DNA of 64,000 nucleotides, from contig JAEWHE010000014.1 in the NCBI GenBank assembly GCA_023387965.1, positions 157,875-221,874 of the forward strand, in the 5' to 3' direction. Within the stretch, counting starts at the first letter, position 1; every line of letters begins with the position of its first letter. Positions 42,097 to 52,168 of this stretch are shown here, one piece after another. Made by a program: the position numbers and the translations under genes. Below the pieces are notes generated by a model, which saw nothing but the letters and a program-made list of their open reading frames with translations, was not told the DNA's origin and made no database searches. The DNA is from Bacteroidota bacterium (GTDB lineage: Bacteria > Bacteroidota > Bacteroidia > Flavobacteriales > Flavobacteriaceae).

Positions 42097-42414
42097 ATGA
42101 AAAATGTAAAAATTGCGATTGATGCTTGTTTGGCGTGTTTCAATTGGTGTGAAATTTGTGCCACTTTATGCATTGAGCTTAACGATAAAAACCATTTAAG
42201 ATGTATTTCGCTTTGTAGAGATTGTGCCGAAATTTGTGTTTTGTGCGTAAAATTTTGCAACCGAAACTCAGCTTTTGCAGGAAAATTAATGAAGCTTTGC
42301 GCCGAAATTTGTACGGCTTGTGCCGAAGAATGTGAAAAACACAGTCATCACCAACATTGCAAAGATTGTGCGGAAGCTTGCCGAAAATGTGCTGCAGCTT
42401 GTACTTTTTTGTAA
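42097..42414 (+). CDS. Cys-rich four-helix-bundle copper storage protein (Csp3/DUF326-like)
   Basis: 105 aa with 20 Cys in CxxC/CxxxC spacing; no signal peptide. Confidence 0.85.
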   Translation: MKNVKIAIDACLACFNWCEICATLCIELNDKNHLRCISLCRDCAEICVLCVKFCNRNSAFAGKLMKLCAEICTACAEECEKHSHHQHCKDCAEACRKCAAACTFL

Positions 42415-42452
42415 AATCCCAAAGATTATAAAAATCCCAAAAGATTTCTATT

Positions 42453-42569
42453 TAGCCCTGATGGCAGTGGAAATCTTTTTCTTTTCCCTCTTTTCGGGGA
42501 AAGAAAAAATTGAAACGAACAGCAGGAATATGGATTCCAAAAGTGCGGGAACCTTTCGCTCCAAAAAAA
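42453..42569 (+). ncRNA. Dispersed structured element copy F (Flavo-1-like)
   Basis: TAGCCCTGATGGCAGTGGAAATCTTTTT-[hairpin]-AAAAAATTGAAACGAACAGCAGGAA...TTCGCTCCAAAA. Confidence 0.65.
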
Positions 42570-42678
42570 TATTGGAAAAATTAAGTTTTTTTTAAGCAAA
42601 CCAACTGCGGGAAAATGAATTGCTTTGCAACATTTTGCTTACTTTTGCAGGGCTTAAAAACCCTCCTAATTTTCCTTT

Positions 42679-45600
42679 TTGATGGTAAATAAATTTCTCT
42701 CCTTTATATTTTCGACAAGATTGATGGCGATGCTTTTTGTGGCTTTTGCTGTGGCAATGGCTGTCGGGACGTTGATTGAAAACGATTATAATACTGATAC
42801 GGCTCGAATTTGGGTGTACAACACTTGGTGGTTTGAGTTGATTATGCTGATTTTTCTGGTTAATTTTTTAGGAAATATCAAAAAATACCAGTTGCACAAA
42901 CGTGAAAAATGGTCCACGCTATTGCTGCATTTGGCGTTTATTTTTATTTTGATTGGCGCTTTTGTAACGCGATACATTAGTTACGAAGGCATGATGAGCA
43001 TTGCTGAAGGCGAAACAGAATCGGAATTTTTGTCGAGTGATACGTACCTGAATGTTTTTGTCGATGGCGAATATAAAGGTGAGATGAAACGCAGGGCTGA
43101 AGAGAAAAAATTGCTGATGTCGCCGGTTACGAATAATCATTTTGCAATTAAAGATAAATTTGCCGAAATTCCGTATAAGATTGAATATAAGGATTTTATC
43201 ATGAATGCGCAAGAAGTGATTAAGCAAGATGCTAATGGCGAAACGTATTTGAAAATGGTAGAATCGGGTGGAGGTTCTCGCCACGAACATTACCTTAAAG
43301 AAGGCGATGTGCAAAATTTACACAATGTGCTTTTTGCGTTTAACCAACCTACAAAAGGTGCGGTAAATATTACAAAAACTGGCGATACTTACACGATTGA
43401 AACGCCGTTTGCCGGAGAGTTTATGCGAATGGCTGATCAAATGCGTGGCACGGTTGGAAAAGATTCTGTTCAGCCGTTGATGTTTAGATCGCTTTACAAT
43501 GTTGGTGGAGCTCAGTTTGTTTTTCCCGAATTGGCGATGAAAGGCAAAGTGACTTACGAATCTAACAATGATTATAAAGATAAGATTACCGACGATGTTT
43601 TGATTGTGACCGTTGAATCTGAAGGTTTGAAAAAAGAAGTGGCTTTGGTAGGTTCTCGTGGAAAAGTGGGAATGCCACAATCTTTTAAATTGGGGAATTT
43701 AGAGTACACACTTTTTTATGGAAGCAAAGCTTATGAATTGCCGTTTAAAATTAAATTAAACGACTTTATTGCTGACAAATATCCGGGATCGATGCAAAGT
43801 TTTTCGGCTTTCAAGAGTAAAATTAGCATTCAGGACGAAAAACCTTTCGACTACGAAATTTTCATGAACAACGTTCTCGACCACAAAGGTTATCGATTGT
43901 TTCAGGCTTCGTACGAATATACTGACGATCATAAACGCCAAATGATTGAACCAGACATTACGGTTTTGTCAGTAAACAAAGATTTTTGGGGAACTTGGAT
44001 TACTTACATTGGATATTTTCTTTTATACATTGGTTTGATGGCAATTTTATTTGACAAAAATTCTCGTTTTGGTTATGTGACCAAACAATTGGATAAATTG
44101 AAGAAAAAGAAAGATAAAAAGTCTGCAAAAGCTATTATCACGGCGTTGGCGTTGTTTTTTACAATGACAAATTTTGCCCAAGATAATCATGATCATAATC
44201 ACAACCACGATCACGATCATCAGGAAGAAACGCACCAACATTCACCTCAAACAAAATTTCAGGAACCAACTGAAAAACAGATTGATTCGTTGCTGGCTAT
44301 TTTAGCTGTTGATGCTAAACACGCCGAAAAATTTGGTCGTTTGGTAATTCAGGATGAAAAAGGAAGAATGAAACCTGTGAATACTTTTTCTTCGGAATTA
44401 TTGCGAAAAGTGAGTAAAAGCGATCATTACAAGGGTTATAATTCAGATCAGGTTTTTCTTTCGATGACACAATATCCGCAGGTTTGGTTCAGCGTTCCGT
44501 TTGTTTATCTTAAAAAACATAATGATAGTTTACACAAAATTTTAGGCGTTGAGTTAAAGTCAGATCACGTTCCGTTCCGAAGCTTTTTCGATAACGAAGG
44601 AAATTACAAATTGTCTCCTTATTTAGAAGAAGCATACAAAGCTGCCATCCCGAATAAATATCAGACCGAATTTATGGACGCTGATAAAAAAGTAATGCTT
44701 TTGGGTTCAGCCTTGAGCGGAAAAATTCTCAGAGTGTTTCCAATTCCTTTCGACAAAGGCAATAAATGGATTTCACCGTTGGAACTTGGCGAAACGGAAA
44801 TGACCGGAATCGATTCTACTTTTACAAGAAATGCCATTCCTGCTTATCTTGGCTATTTAATTCAAGCCAGAACAACCGGAGGTTACAAACAAGCCGATGA
44901 CATGGTCAACAGCATTGAACTTTTCCAAAAAAAATACGGTAACGAAGTTCGTCCATCGGATGAAAGAATCAATTCGGAAATTTTGTATAACAAATATGAC
45001 ATCTTTAAAAGACTGTTTTATTTATACATGACGGCTGGACTTTTCATGCTTTTGTTTACCATCATGAAAATTTTCTACAACAATAAATTCATCAATTACA
45101 CGGTAAAATTTTTCCACATTCTCATCGGATTTTTCTTTGTGTTGCATACCGTAGGATTAATTGCCAGATGGTACATTTCGGGTCATGCACCTTGGAGTGA
45201 TGCTTATGAATCGATGATTTACGTAGGTTGGGCAACCATGTTTTTCGGTTTGGCTTTTGGACGAAAATCTGAATTAACCGTAGCTTCGACAGCGTTTGTA
45301 GCTTCCATGATTTTAATGATTGCACATTGGAACTGGATGGATCCTGCCATTGCAAATCTTCAACCAGTTCTAAATTCTTATTGGTTAATGATTCACGTGG
45401 CGGTAATTGTAGGAAGTTACGGACCATTTACTTTAGGAATGATTTTGGCTTTGGTATCTTTAATTTTAATGATTTTTGCCAATGAAAAAAATGCCAAAAA
45501 ATTAGATTTAAGCATTAGAGAAATTACCTACATCACAGAACTTTCGATAACCGTAGGTTTGGTCATGCTTACCATCGGAAACTTTTTAGGAGGTCAATGG

Positions 45601-45924
45601 GCAAACGAAAGTTGGGGTCGTTATTGGGGTTGGGACCCAAAAGAAACTTGGGCTTTAATCAGCATTATGGTTTATGCTTTTGTCATCCACGCCAGATTAG
45701 TTCCCGGATTAAAAGGAAAATGGATTTTCAACGTGTTTAGTGTTTTCGCTTTCTATTCGATTATGATGACGTATTTTGGGGTGAATTTTTACCTTTCCGG
45801 TTTGCATTCCTACGCAACGGGTGACAAAGTCGTGACACCAAATTTTGTGTTCGTTTCCGTTGGAGTCTTGATTGTCATTTCAATTTTAGCGTATTTCAAA
45901 CAAAAAAAATATTTAAAGAATTAA
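42679..45924 (+). CDS. ccsA: System II cytochrome c biogenesis protein (fused CcsBA)
   Basis: ResB-like N-terminus; SGHAPWS, IHV, WANESWGRYWGWDPKETW (WWD domain), SGLHSYA. Confidence 0.93.
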   Translation: MMVNKFLSFIFSTRLMAMLFVAFAVAMAVGTLIENDYNTDTARIWVYNTWWFELIMLIFLVNFLGNIKKYQLHKREKWSTLLLHLAFIFILIGAFVTRYISYEGMMSIAEGETESEFLSSDTYLNVFVDGEYKGEMKRRAEEKKLLMSPVTNNHFAIKDKFAEIPYKIEYKDFIMNAQEVIKQDANGETYLKMVESGGGSRHEHYLKEGDVQNLHNVLFAFNQPTKGAVNITKTGDTYTIETPFAGEFMRMADQMRGTVGKDSVQPLMFRSLYNVGGAQFVFPELAMKGKVTYESNNDYKDKITDDVLIVTVESEGLKKEVALVGSRGKVGMPQSFKLGNLEYTLFYGSKAYELPFKIKLNDFIADKYPGSMQSFSAFKSKISIQDEKPFDYEIFMNNVLDHKGYRLFQASYEYTDDHKRQMIEPDITVLSVNKDFWGTWITYIGYFLLYIGLMAILFDKNSRFGYVTKQLDKLKKKKDKKSAKAIITALALFFTMTNFAQDNHDHNHNHDHDHQEETHQHSPQTKFQEPTEKQIDSLLAILAVDAKHAEKFGRLVIQDEKGRMKPVNTFSSELLRKVSKSDHYKGYNSDQVFLSMTQYPQVWFSVPFVYLKKHNDSLHKILGVELKSDHVPFRSFFDNEGNYKLSPYLEEAYKAAIPNKYQTEFMDADKKVMLLGSALSGKILRVFPIPFDKGNKWISPLELGETEMTGIDSTFTRNAIPAYLGYLIQARTTGGYKQADDMVNSIELFQKKYGNEVRPSDERINSEILYNKYDIFKRLFYLYMTAGLFMLLFTIMKIFYNNKFINYTVKFFHILIGFFFVLHTVGLIARWYISGHAPWSDAYESMIYVGWATMFFGLAFGRKSELTVASTAFVASMILMIAHWNWMDPAIANLQPVLNSYWLMIHVAVIVGSYGPFTLGMILALVSLILMIFANEKNAKKLDLSIREITYITELSITVGLVMLTIGNFLGGQWANESWGRYWGWDPKETWALISIMVYAFVIHARLVPGLKGKWIFNVFSVFAFYSIMMTYFGVNFYLSGLHSYATGDKVVTPNFVFVSVGVLIVISILAYFKQKKYLKN

Positions 45925-45928
45925 AACG

Positions 45929-45957
45929 AAGCCTGCGATTTTGCGGGCTTTTTTTTT
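45929..45957 (+). terminator. Terminator
   Basis: AAGCCTGC-GATTTT-GCGGGCTT followed by T run. Confidence 0.8.
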
Positions 45958-46013
45958 AACAATACTTTCGCCTGAAGTTTTTCGGCAAAATAATATCTTT
46001 ATCAAAAATTATT

Positions 46014-46604
46014 ATGAAAAAATTACTCGCAATTGTCATTTTAGGAAGTTGTTTCGCCTGTCAGCAAAATCAAGCGCAACACAAAAATACCAAAGCAGTT
46101 ACTCAAAAAAACAATACCATGAACACACAATCCATTCACCAATTTAAAGTAAAAGATTTAGAAGGAAACGAATTCGATTTTTCTTCGTTAAAAGGAAAAA
46201 AAGTACTCGTAGTCAATACCGCTTCAAAATGTGGATTAACGCCACAATACAAAGATTTACAAGCAATTTACGATGAATATCAAAACAAAAATTTTGTAAT
46301 CGTAGGTTTTCCAGCCAATAATTTTGCAGCGCAAGAACCCGGAACCAACGCTGAAATCGGGGAATTTTGCCAACGCAATTACGGTGTTAGTTTCCCAATG
46401 ATGGAAAAAATTTCCGTGAAAGGCGATGACATGCATCCGCTGTATCAGTTTCTGACACAAAAGTCAAAAAATGGCGTGCAAGATTCTGACGTAGAATGGA
46501 ATTTCCAAAAATATTTACTCAATGAAAACGGCGAATTAGTAAAAGTAATTTCGCCAAGAACATTGCCAACAGATCCCGAAATTGTGGATTGGATTAAATC
46601 CTAA
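46014..46604 (+). CDS. Glutathione peroxidase-family lipoprotein
   Basis: Lipobox CFAC; VNTASKCG, GFPANNF..QEP, WNFQKYL. Confidence 0.92.
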   Translation: MKKLLAIVILGSCFACQQNQAQHKNTKAVTQKNNTMNTQSIHQFKVKDLEGNEFDFSSLKGKKVLVVNTASKCGLTPQYKDLQAIYDEYQNKNFVIVGFPANNFAAQEPGTNAEIGEFCQRNYGVSFPMMEKISVKGDDMHPLYQFLTQKSKNGVQDSDVEWNFQKYLLNENGELVKVISPRTLPTDPEIVDWIKS

Positions 46605-46612
46605 AAAAATAA

Positions 46613-47101
46613 TTAGGCAAGGTCTAAAACCATAAATTGCAGGTCGAGCCAACGGTTAAATTTGAATCCGGTTTCTTTCAAGATTCCGGATTTTTTAAAT
46701 CCAAATTTTTCGTGAAAGGCAATGCTACTCTGGTTTTCGGCGTCAATGCAGCCAATCATTCGGTGTAAATTTTTTGCTTTCGCAAAAGTGATTAAAGTTT
46801 CTAAAAGTTGTTTTCCAATTCCCCGTCCGGAAAATTCCATATTTACGTAAACCGAATGTTCCACTGTAAACCGAAACCCAGATTTCGCCCGAAATGTTCC
46901 ATAAGTGGCAAAACCAATAACTTTTTCATCCAAAAGCGCTACAAAAACGGGAAAATTCTGTTGTTTTTTTTCTTCAAACCAGTTCAATTGCATTTCAAGC
47001 GTTCGCGGTTCTTCATCATAAATCGATGTAGAATGAGCAATTTCATAATTTACAATTTCTAAAATTGATGGTAAATCATCAGCGGTTGCTTCTCGAATCA
47101 T
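46613..47101 (-). CDS. GNAT acetyltransferase (phosphinothricin N-acetyltransferase-like)
   Basis: TVEHSVYV, GRGIGKQL, SIAFHEKFGF, GFKFNRWLD. Confidence 0.88.
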   Translation of the reverse strand: MIREATADDLPSILEIVNYEIAHSTSIYDEEPRTLEMQLNWFEEKKQQNFPVFVALLDEKVIGFATYGTFRAKSGFRFTVEHSVYVNMEFSGRGIGKQLLETLITFAKAKNLHRMIGCIDAENQSSIAFHEKFGFKKSGILKETGFKFNRWLDLQFMVLDLA

Positions 47102-47196
47102 GGTTAGCGAAAAATTTAATTTCAAAGATAGAAATTATGCCTAAATTTTCGCTGAAGCCTTGTTAATTTGTACATTTGTTATCTATAAATATCACG

Positions 47197-48849
47197 ATGA
47201 TTTACCCTAAAAAACCTTTGGCACAAAGCATTTTAAGCATTTGCAAAGCCAAAGGCATCTCACAAATAATTATTTCTCCAGGCTCGCGAAATGCACCATT
47301 GACGATTGGTTTTGCTAATGACAATTTTTTCAAAACTTATAGCATTGCTGATGAACGTTGTGCCGCATTTTTCGCTATGGGAATTGCCCAACAAACCCAG
47401 CAACCAACGGCTTTGGTTTGTACTTCGGGTTCGGCATTGTTAAATTATTATCCGGCTGTTGCCGAAGCATTTTACAGTCAAATTCCGCTCATTGTAATTT
47501 CTGCGGATCGTCCAACCGAAAAAATTGATATTGGCGACGGCCAAACCATCCGTCAACGAAATGTTTTTGAAAATCATATCATTTTCAATGCCAATTTAAC
47601 CGAAGAAGCTTCGTCTGAAAATGATGCGAAAATTCAAGAAGCGATTCATCTTTCTAAAATAAAAAAAGGTCCGGTTCATATCAACGTTCCGTTTGAGGAG
47701 CCGTTGTATGAAACCGTTTCAGAGTTATATATTGCACCAAAATTTGTAGATTTTGAAGAAAAAAAATCTCCGGAAATTTCCCTCGAAAATTTTGCTGAAC
47801 AATGGAATCAAGCCACGCAAAAGTTGATTTTGGTAGGTGTGAATAATCCGGAAACAATCGACCAAAAATGGCTCGAAATTTTGGCAAATGATCCGTCAGT
47901 TGTGGTGATGACCGAAACAACTTCGAATCTTCACCATCCAAGATTTGTAAATAATATTGACACGATTATCACACCTTTTTCTAATGAAGATTTTAAAAAT
48001 TTTCAACCCGAAATTCTCCTTACTTTCGGCGGAATGATTGTGTCGAAAAGAATCAAGGCGTTCTTGCGCAAATACAAACCTTGCCAACATTGGCATGTGG
48101 ACACATTACGAGCTTACGATACTTTTGGCGCGTTAACTAAACATCTTGAAGTTGAACCCAATTTATTTTTGGAAAATTTTTTACAGAAAATTCAGCCTAC
48201 AGAATCTGATTTCAACCAAAAAATGCAAACGTTGAAGGCGTTTCGAAAAGAAAAACACGACGCGTATTTAAAGGAAATTCCGTATTGTGATTTTAAAGTT
48301 TTTGACGAAGTTTTATCATCGTTACCGAAGGATTCTATGTTGCAAATTGGCAATAGTTCTGCCATTCGATATGCACAATTAATCGACATTCATCCGGAAA
48401 TTGAGGTTTTCTGCAACCGTGGCACCAGCGGTATTGACGGAAGCACTTCAACGGCAATTGGCGCTTCATTATTTGGCAAAAAAAATAATTTTGTCATCAC
48501 GGGCGACATCAGTTTTTTTTATGATAGCAACGCACTTTGGAACCAATATATTCCCGAAAATTTTAAAATAATCGTGGTGAATAATGGAGGAGGAGGAATT
48601 TTTAGGATTTTGCCAGGTCACGATGAAACGCCGGTTTTTAATACTTTTTTTGAAACTTCGCATTCACTTTCGGCGAAACATTTGGCAGAAATGTTCGGCT
48701 TTAAATATTTCTCTGTGGATAATGAAAATGATTTAAGTGTCGAATTGTCAGCGTTTTATGATTCGGATAAAAAATCGATTCTTGAAATTTTTACGCCAAC
48801 AACTGTAAATGACCAAGTGTTGTTACAGTATTTCAAAGCGTTAAGCTAA
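47197..48849 (+). CDS. menD: SEPHCHC synthase
   Basis: SPGSRNAPL, DERCAAF, CTSGSA, NRGTSGIDG, GDISFFYDSN. Confidence 0.95.
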   Translation: MIYPKKPLAQSILSICKAKGISQIIISPGSRNAPLTIGFANDNFFKTYSIADERCAAFFAMGIAQQTQQPTALVCTSGSALLNYYPAVAEAFYSQIPLIVISADRPTEKIDIGDGQTIRQRNVFENHIIFNANLTEEASSENDAKIQEAIHLSKIKKGPVHINVPFEEPLYETVSELYIAPKFVDFEEKKSPEISLENFAEQWNQATQKLILVGVNNPETIDQKWLEILANDPSVVVMTETTSNLHHPRFVNNIDTIITPFSNEDFKNFQPEILLTFGGMIVSKRIKAFLRKYKPCQHWHVDTLRAYDTFGALTKHLEVEPNLFLENFLQKIQPTESDFNQKMQTLKAFRKEKHDAYLKEIPYCDFKVFDEVLSSLPKDSMLQIGNSSAIRYAQLIDIHPEIEVFCNRGTSGIDGSTSTAIGASLFGKKNNFVITGDISFFYDSNALWNQYIPENFKIIVVNNGGGGIFRILPGHDETPVFNTFFETSHSLSAKHLAEMFGFKYFSVDNENDLSVELSAFYDSDKKSILEIFTPTTVNDQVLLQYFKALS

Positions 48850-48887
48850 AATTTGTTTGTAACTTTGCCAAAATAAAAACCGTTCAG

Positions 48888-49724
48888 ATGATTGAAATAG
48901 GAAAATTCAATTTGCTAAAAATTGACCGCGATACTCAAGTGGGATTGTATTTAACCGATGGGGAAAAAGATGTGCTTTTGCCCAATAAATATGTACCAAA
49001 ACAGTTTGAATTTGGTCAAGAAGTTGAAGTGTTTGTGTATTTGGATCACGAAGAACGACCTGTGGCAACCACGTTAGAACCTGCGATTATTTTGCATGAA
49101 TTTGCACTTTTACGTGTTAATCATGTGAACAATGTAGGTGCTTTTTTAGATTGGGGTTTGGAAAAAGATTTGTTTGTTCCGTTTAAAGAGCAAGCCCGTC
49201 CGATGGAAGTTGGAAAACGATATTTGGTATATCTTTATTTGGACGAAAAAACCAATCGTTTGACGGCTTCAAGCAAAACCAATCAGTTTTTAGATAACGA
49301 AAATCTTACCGTTCAAGAAGGAGACGAGGCCGATTTAATTGTATCGCATATTACGGATTTGGGAATAAATGTCATTGTTAATGAAAAACACAAAGGTCTG
49401 ATTCATAAAAGCGATAGTTTTTACGATGATATCCGTCCGGGAGATCGATTTGTAGGTTATATCAAAAAAATTCGTCCGGATCATAAAATTGACGTGGCAA
49501 TTGAGGCGATTGGTTACGAAAAAGTAGAACCAAATGCTCAGAAAATTTTAGACGAGTTGCATGCCACACGCGGATTTCTTCGCCTAAATGATAACAGCCA
49601 TCCCGAAGATATCAAGCAGGTTTTACAAATGAGTAAAAAAACATTTAAGAAAGCAGTAGGCTCTCTTTACAAACAAAAATTAATCGAGATAAAAGACGAT
49701 GGCATTTATCTTGTAAAAGACTAA
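48888..49724 (+). CDS. CvfB/YitL-like S1 RNA-binding protein
   Basis: GAFLDWGLEKDLFVP; C-terminal winged helix MSKKTFKKAVGSLYK. Confidence 0.88.
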   Translation: MIEIGKFNLLKIDRDTQVGLYLTDGEKDVLLPNKYVPKQFEFGQEVEVFVYLDHEERPVATTLEPAIILHEFALLRVNHVNNVGAFLDWGLEKDLFVPFKEQARPMEVGKRYLVYLYLDEKTNRLTASSKTNQFLDNENLTVQEGDEADLIVSHITDLGINVIVNEKHKGLIHKSDSFYDDIRPGDRFVGYIKKIRPDHKIDVAIEAIGYEKVEPNAQKILDELHATRGFLRLNDNSHPEDIKQVLQMSKKTFKKAVGSLYKQKLIEIKDDGIYLVKD

Positions 49725-49729
49725 AAACG

Positions 49730-49760
49730 TAATCCGAGGCTTGAGCTTCGGATTTTTTTT
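49730..49760 (+). terminator. Terminator
   Basis: AATCCGAGGC-TTGA-GCTTCGGATT followed by T run. Confidence 0.8.
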
Positions 49761-49811
49761 GGGATATTAATTTCATATCCTATTAATTTTCAAAAATGAA
49801 ATTTGTAAAAT

Positions 49812-49833
49812 TGTAACTTTTAAATTACATTTG
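49812..49833 (+). promoter_or_regulatory. Putative TA operator overlapping the -7 promoter
   Basis: TGTAACTTT|TAAATTACA palindrome (7/9) overlapping TACATTTG. Confidence 0.55.
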
Positions 49834-49837
49834 TTTT

Positions 49838-50193
49838 GTGAAAGTAAGAGAAGTAATCGCCTTTAAAACGTATTTTGAGGATTTTCTTTTGAAGCAGCCA
49901 AAGAAAGTCCAAGATAAGATTTTTAAAATAATTGAAGCAATTGAAACGCTTGAACGTGTTCCTTCAAACTATTTGAAGCATTTAACGGGAACTCCTGGAT
50001 TATATGAAGCACGAATTCAATTGGGTTCAAATATTTGGAGAGTATTTTGCTTTTTTTTGACGGCGAAAAGTTAGTCATATTGTTGAATGGATTTCAAAAG
50101 AAAACTCAAAAAACACCTAAAAATGAAATCGAAAAAGCGCTGAAAATCATGGCTGAATATTACGAACAAAAATTTAAAGACAATGGAAACTAA
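49838..50193 (+). pseudogene. RelE/HigB (Gp49-like) toxin, frameshifted in a T8 tract
   Basis: Frame 0 ...GLYEARIQLGSNIWRVFCFF stops at 50074; the -1 frame continues DGEKLVILLNGFQKKTQKTPKNEIEKALKI... to TAA at 50193. Confidence 0.85.
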
Positions 50194-50473
50194 AAGCTGG
50201 AAAAATATAAAAGACGAGGTTTACGGGAAAGTTGGGGCTGAACGAAGAGACGAACTTGAAAGAGATTTTGAAAGCTTTAAAATAGGTTTGCTTTTAAAAA
50301 AAGCCCGTGAAGAAAAAAAGCTGACACAATCAGAACTGGCCGAACTCGTAGATAAAAAACGAGAATACATCTCGAGAGTTGAAAACAACGGGAGTAATTT
50401 GACCTTAAAAACTTTATTCGATATCGTTGAGAAAGGTTTAGGTGGAAAAGTAAAAATTTCAATAGAACTTTAG
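50183..50473 (+). CDS. XRE-type HTH antitoxin (HigA-like)
   Basis: LKKAREEKKLTQSELAE..YISRVEN; overlaps the toxin end by 11 nt. Confidence 0.9.
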   Translation: METKSWKNIKDEVYGKVGAERRDELERDFESFKIGLLLKKAREEKKLTQSELAELVDKKREYISRVENNGSNLTLKTLFDIVEKGLGGKVKISIEL

Positions 50474-50504
50474 CTTTACGCCACTTGTAACATCGTAAGA
50501 ATTG

Positions 50505-50939
50505 CTACTTCACCTCAATATGCGAATTTACTGCTAACAACGATTCGATAAACGCTTCTTTATTTTTTGGCGAAATATAAATATTGTCATATTTGCTGTA
50601 ATAAATAATCAAACCTTTGGTCCCTAAAGCTGGTTTCAAGGTTGTTCCTACAAAAAGACCTTCGTGGTTCGTAATTTTTGTAATTCTAAAAATATCAATC
50701 TTCCCGCGAATTGGTCCTGAATAATAATGCAAAAAAGATCCTTTGATTTTATATTTTGTATCCAATAAAATCCAGATTAACAAAACTGCGGTTGCCAAAC
50801 AAATTATCAGCGGAACAATCATATCGAGCTGATCGTTTGGCGTGAAAAACGGAGTAGAAATCAGGAAAATTACCGTTACCCACAAGAAGATACTTGTTGG
50901 TAAATATTTATCGGATTGAAAGGTTTTTTGCATGTTCAA
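50505..50939 (-). CDS. Membrane protein with bacterial PH domain
   Basis: Two TMs then TKYKI...PALG..LIIYY..IYISPKNKEAF. Confidence 0.75.
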   Translation of the reverse strand: MNMQKTFQSDKYLPTSIFLWVTVIFLISTPFFTPNDQLDMIVPLIICLATAVLLIWILLDTKYKIKGSFLHYYSGPIRGKIDIFRITKITNHEGLFVGTTLKPALGTKGLIIYYSKYDNIYISPKNKEAFIESLLAVNSHIEVK

Positions 50940-50987
50940 ATTTATATAAAAAATAAAAATCGGGAAACATTTTCCCGATTTTTGCTT

Positions 50988-52100
50988 TTAAAGGTCTAAA
51001 GATTTTTTGGTTTTGCTCAAAAGCGCATCTTCGTGAACTAAAACCGAAATCGCTTTGAGTTTTAAATACGGAACGCTCATGTAAACAAAACCTTCGTTGC
51101 CTACATTTTTGCTTCCCCAAGAATTTTTTACTTTGTAATACATATTGCCTTTTTGATCTTTTACTTTTCCCACAATATGCATCAAATGATCGTCAGTAGT
51201 ATTGAAATTTTCAAATTCTTGCTGGCGAAATTCTTGTGTAATTTTTTTCTCAGGTTTGATTTCAGTCAAAATTGTTTTTTCATCCGAAACATTTTCCGGA
51301 ATCACCGCAATTCCTTCTCTTCCGGAAAAAGTTTTTTCGCTAACATCTGCATCAAGTGCTAAAGTGTAGCCTTTGTCAAGCGCATTGTCAATGTTTTGCA
51401 CAAATTCGTCTAATGGCATATTGTAAAATTTTCCGTAAGAAAAATTGTCCGGAATGTCCAAGATAAATTTCGAATAAAAAGGTTCGTGCGTGAAAGAAGT
51501 GATGGTCACATAATCGTCTAAATCTAATTTCGTCATTTCCAGAAAACTTTTTGGCGTATATTTTTTTCCTTCAAATTCAAATTCTGTTACATCGCTTCCC
51601 ATGTATTTGTCCAAAATAGCTGACACTTGTTTCTGCCAATTAGCATCTGGTTTTTTCGATGGATCTGCATTTTTTTTCAATAAAACTTCCAATTCTTCCA
51701 CCATTTTCCCGTGGTCATGTTTTTCAGCATTTCCCGTTAATCCAGAATAAGCTGTTAATGGAACCAACCCAAAATTTTTCGCACTGTCAATAACATCATG
51801 GTTCAAACCGCCTTCGCCAAATTGCGCTTTGCCTTGTCGCATCACGTAATTCCACGCTTTTTTAGGATAAGTATGGCGAACGTTGTACATTTCGGAGAGG
51901 TCAATTTTTTTTCCGCTTGCGCGAATAATTTCCGCTTCCAGAAAAGATGTTGACGAAAAACTCCAGCAAGTTCCCGTGCTTCCTTGCGAAATTACAGGCG
52001 TACATTCGATGTTTTTAACTGTTTGAAATTCATACTTTTGAGCCTGAATTCCAAGTGCTACTGACAAAAATGCGATAGAAAATAATTGTTGTTTCTTCAT
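50988..52100 (-). CDS. C1 cysteine peptidase (aminopeptidase C / bleomycin hydrolase-like)
   Basis: QGSTGTCWSFS, DDHLMHIVG, VKNSWG; signal peptide from MKKQQ. Confidence 0.9.
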   Translation of the reverse strand: MKKQQLFSIAFLSVALGIQAQKYEFQTVKNIECTPVISQGSTGTCWSFSSTSFLEAEIIRASGKKIDLSEMYNVRHTYPKKAWNYVMRQGKAQFGEGGLNHDVIDSAKNFGLVPLTAYSGLTGNAEKHDHGKMVEELEVLLKKNADPSKKPDANWQKQVSAILDKYMGSDVTEFEFEGKKYTPKSFLEMTKLDLDDYVTITSFTHEPFYSKFILDIPDNFSYGKFYNMPLDEFVQNIDNALDKGYTLALDADVSEKTFSGREGIAVIPENVSDEKTILTEIKPEKKITQEFRQQEFENFNTTDDHLMHIVGKVKDQKGNMYYKVKNSWGSKNVGNEGFVYMSVPYLKLKAISVLVHEDALLSKTKKSLDL

Positions 52101-52168
52101 TATAAATTCAAATTGATTGCCGAGACTATCTAAAAAATCCCGTATTTTTACGCTAAAATAAGATAAAA

